Shown: positions 60,101 through 64,000 of the stretch, piece by piece
Numbering within the stretch: position 1 is the stretch's first letter
Layout: the number at the start of each line of letters is the position of its first letter
Origin: Iphione sp. A-MEVVRFRX5
Lineage: Eukaryota
Direction: 5' to 3'
DNA: 64,000 nucleotides
Assembly (NCBI GenBank): GCA_976226885.1
Contig: OZ320313.1
Coordinates: forward strand, 71,734,001 to 71,798,000
Notes under the pieces: generated by a model
The model's input: the letters and a program-made list of their open reading frames with translations, nothing else
Database searches by the model: none
What the model was told of the DNA's origin: nothing
Program-made: the position numbers and the translations under genes

Positions 60101-63100
60101 ATTCTAGTTTTTGTCCCAAGTTACACACAAGGAACAAAGCAGAAGTGAAACTGGATTTGAAGGCTGTAAATATCTCTTCGGCATTATGTCTGCACAAACT
60201 CGACTGTGATCAGATCACTAGGCTTTAAGTCACGGACAGAATTTATAAAGCAATGAAGCGGCACCATGACAAAGACACTATCGAATACATAACTAACAGC
60301 AACGACCGAAGCGTTTGGTGATAAATGGAATTACAAAAGGGAATAATAGACTTTTATTATTGTTACTCTTTTTGGTTACCACCCTATACCCATCTAGCAC
60401 TTTTGAAGATGCAGCCAATAAGGACACCATTTATCGTGGGCGTGATGGGACGCTGGTGACGTTGTAGCCACCAAACTAGCGTGACCGTTTTTGGTTTATC
60501 TCTAATTATGGATGTGATCCCGTCTGCCCACATGGATCGTCAACTGGTTGTGTGGCTCCTAACGTGATAAGGGACTCCATCACTTTACGACGTCAATTCA
60601 TCACATCATCAGTCACTCTGATAATTTGCACTTAACAAATGTTCTTCCACTTGAGTAAAAAGGCCTATTTCAGCAGACACTGGGATTACTGCGGGGGCCC
60701 CGCTGGAAACAAGACTCCCGCCAGCCGGGAAGGATTTCCTCTCCAGGACGATGGCATTGCTGAAGGGATGACATAATGGAGGAGTGCCTCGATGCGCCCG
60801 GAGTGGCTTCGGTTAATCGGATGGCGAATTAGCACTAACTGAATACTGCGGTTGATGTCTTAGAAAGTGCGCCAGAATCTCGACCAACGTGCACTCTACA
60901 AGATTATACGTGATTTTCTATGTGGTGGCATCCTTGAAACACTCTTTCCCATATTGCAATGGTTTAGTTGGGTAGTTTTATCTTTGTAAAATCTAAGATT
61001 AAAGATATATTTTTTCCCACTAATGGTGGCGAACTTCTCTCAACTTCAGGAAGGCATTGTACAAAACATGTATATCAAACACGACAAAAAGCCTCGTTCA
61101 ACAATGCCAGAGGATCTGAGGCACACGTGGAATAAGAACTTTTCTTCAGCTAGGAAATTTCTTTTAACTTCTAATCTATGGATGCAGGATGGTTTCAACC
61201 AGGGCTAAAAACTGAAGGATGTCGAACCCTGTAAACACTTGAACAAATAGAGATTTTTTCTTCAAACTTCTGCCTCCTCTGCAAAGCTCTTTTTCACTTT
61301 TGACTATCGGTCCAACTGTCGAAATAGTATAGATTGGCTGCCAAATAGCACTCGGTGTCCACTGTAAATAACACTTTACTAATGAAATCATACGAGACAA
61401 ACCCTTTCCTAGAAATAACATCGTCTAGCTCACATTACTGCAGTATTGAAACCTGTATCCGGATTGCCTCTAGAAGTTCATGGTAACAGCAACAAGAAAG
61501 ATGATTATCTCATCGTTCCAAACGGTTCTATTTGTAGGTTGTGCGAATACCAGTTTTTTTAGAGAAGTCCAGTTGGGAAATCGGAGTTGTCTGTGAGCTA
61601 AAAAAAGTACTGTGTCTTTCCCTAAGCAGATACTCACTAAGTGGCGCAATTCTCTGGGTAGTTTTTAAGTATCATTTGCTACTGACTGTCCGATGACTCG
61701 TGTATATTTTATCAATCCCCTCCCTAGCGTCTCATACGAACCCCCCCCCCCCCTCCCAGCAAGTCTGGTAATAACTGTGCTTAAAATATAGAACTAAACG
61801 CATATTCTCCCCGTAGGATGACGAGCTACTTTAAACAAGCATCTGGTTCTCTTAGAGAAAGTTGTTACTTACAGTAGTGGTTTTTTTCTGACCAAAAGTG
61901 ACAAGAATGGCCCGCACTTACCTGAAAAGATAAGAAAAAAAAGAATATAAGACAACTGTAACATATGCATCCAAAAACACGTGTGATGATAGAAAAGCAA
62001 AGCTGAAAAAACAACTTTACGACGGCTCAGACAGTGAATGACAGAAAATGGTGACTGACCGCAATTACAGTAGTAGTTTAGAATACCGAAAAACTTCTAA
62101 AACAGAGAGGGTACAGGAGTGATGCTCGGCTCGAGTCAAGGAACACGTTCGATTCAAGGAAGGTTATGATGCAAGAGAAAATTACGCGCATGCTTTCAGA
62201 GTTCAGCTGGTCAACTCCCTCATTCTGATCGTCCAGAACACGCTACATGCGGTGAGCACTGACCTACGGTTCAATTTTTCCTTGCACAGTGGAGGAATCT
62301 CTGAGAATGGATCCAAAGGGATGCACGCCATATCTTCTTCACATGATACTGGTTTATATCGACACTAAATGAGAATGCGCAAGCCGATGCGACCATGTGA
62401 TGTCGACGTTCTGCCTAGCTTCCTCGTGCTGCATAGTGTGAAGGGAGAGGGGAGGGGAGCAAAGGGTCGACGGGAGGTAAACATTGAGGTGATTGGGGGG
62501 CGCTGCGCCAGGGGTGAGGAATGGGTCACCTGTCTGCCGGTAATCGCAATTCTCCAGCACTACGCTTCAGCCGTAGGCCTCGCCTCAAAGAAACCCGCAC
62601 CGGCGCAGCGGTCTGGCTAGCGGAGAAGAAAGCAGCAAATAGCAACTTAAAAACAAAAGGCCTGCTTATCAGCGCTGTTTTGAGCCTCTGCTGTGGTCTA
62701 TCGAAAGGTCACCTCTACTCGAAGTTTTATAATTATCGATCTTCTCTCCTGATCGGGCAGTTTATTTGTGCTGTTCTTTGAAAAACAAACCCCTGTCCCT
62801 TTCCTTCTTCCATATGATTCCGTTTCGTCCATTCCTCCTGCTGTCTATCCTGCCATCTCATGCTGCACTTTCTTCATCTTTGGTGTCTGTTTCGCTACGA
62901 AGTGTCACTCGCAACCATACAAAAGACAGCTGTCAGGCGTGAATAATGGGTCGTAATAAATCCGCCCAATATGCATCCAAGACAGGAATGCCTCGGATGT
63001 GCGCCACGTTTAGGGACCGCTGAGACAGAAGCGATATGTTCGCCACCTTTACTTCCTCGTACGTATTGATTGCCAACCTTAGGGAGACGCCCGAGGAAGA

Positions 63101-64000
63101 TCATTTAATCTGAGAAAGTACCGGTCAATAGGTTGGGAGCCTGTCAGTCCAATGCTCCCACCTGGTGGCCATTGAGGGAACAAGATGAACACTGATGTTT
63201 TTACCACCCTTATTGACTTCAATAAAGGGAGTCGCATGAGAATTTCCTGCAGATTGCATGCAATTTTAACCGTCAGGCTTATTTAACGTCATCAGTGTTG
63301 ACCAATACATTTTCACTAAATCTACCGACAATGACAATTCAACAAGAGCTTCAAACAAAGTTCTTTGTACCTGCAATAATTAGAACAGGACAATATCCAT
63401 TTAAATTCATTTCGCTCAACGTCGTGTTTCAAATAAATCGAAACTGCTGGATGTAATATCAAGGTAATTTTTCAGGTTCGCTCGCACGTACCAAAGCTCG
63501 GCGGGTGAGCCCAAAGAAGCCTCATCTTAAAAGCTACAGGCTTACCGAGGTCCCAAGCCCCATCTCTTCTGATCTACCCCGGGGGTCCATCTCATTCACG
63601 TATCGTTCCGGCCAATCAATGGCCGCCAAGCTGATCTGGTGAGGGCCACCGGAAGCAGCCGTCGGCTTCCTGAATTGAGCGGCGCTAGGGCCGGGTGCGT
63701 TCGCTAACAGATCAATTGAATTCTGTTCTCTGCTCCTCAGCTTGTGCTCACTGTTAAGGGATCAAGAGCGATAGGAAACTATTTCCAACCTACCTCTCTA
63801 TAGGCAGGCATTATCAACTGCATATATTTCAGGTTCACACGATCAAGGCACTGATAGGCATGTAATCGCAGTGTGATACTACCACTGAACCAGAATGTTA
63901 ACCCTATCTAACTGCATCTAGAACTGGATATGTAAAGCACTAGCCTACTGTTTTTCCAGTAGAAGTAAGCGTTCAAAATAATCCCATTTCGTGAAAGGAA

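Noticed and set aside
1-64000. Prokaryotic-type systems (CRISPR arrays, operons, defence islands, integrases), rRNA or tRNA genes
   Set aside because: This is spliced eukaryotic DNA. I saw no regular repeat-spacer array, long intact ORF or recognisable tRNA/rRNA.

Overview
This is eukaryotic animal genomic DNA. An invertebrate deuterostome such as amphioxus is my inference from exon structure and composition. The window is dominated by one intron-rich gene on the minus strand: a CELF1/2 (CUGBP/ETR-3/Bruno-like) RNA-binding protein with three RRMs. I assembled 14 core coding exons by hand from ATG 43076 to TGA 5982. All have GT/AG borders and compatible phases, giving about 526 aa that ends in [17 protein letters not shown]. 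The best leads are in its isoform architecture: (1) candidate upstream exons at 46.5-47.8 kb that could add a 115-268 aa Ala/Ser/Gln/His-rich N-terminus in frame; (2) tandem acceptors (+V, +SLLQ) at the positions where I recall the vertebrate CELF1 '+A' and '+LYLQ' variants; (3) candidate microexons in the linker, including a 19+20 nt frame-compensating pair; (4) a splice donor 18 nt after the stop codon; (5) CELF/MBNL/RBFOX-type motifs next to variable splice sites. The palindrome TACATGTA is also about tenfold over-represented. I found no second gene, intact transposon, RNA gene, CRISPR array or prokaryotic system. There are two assembly gaps. All alternative-exon calls are predictions and need RNA-seq.
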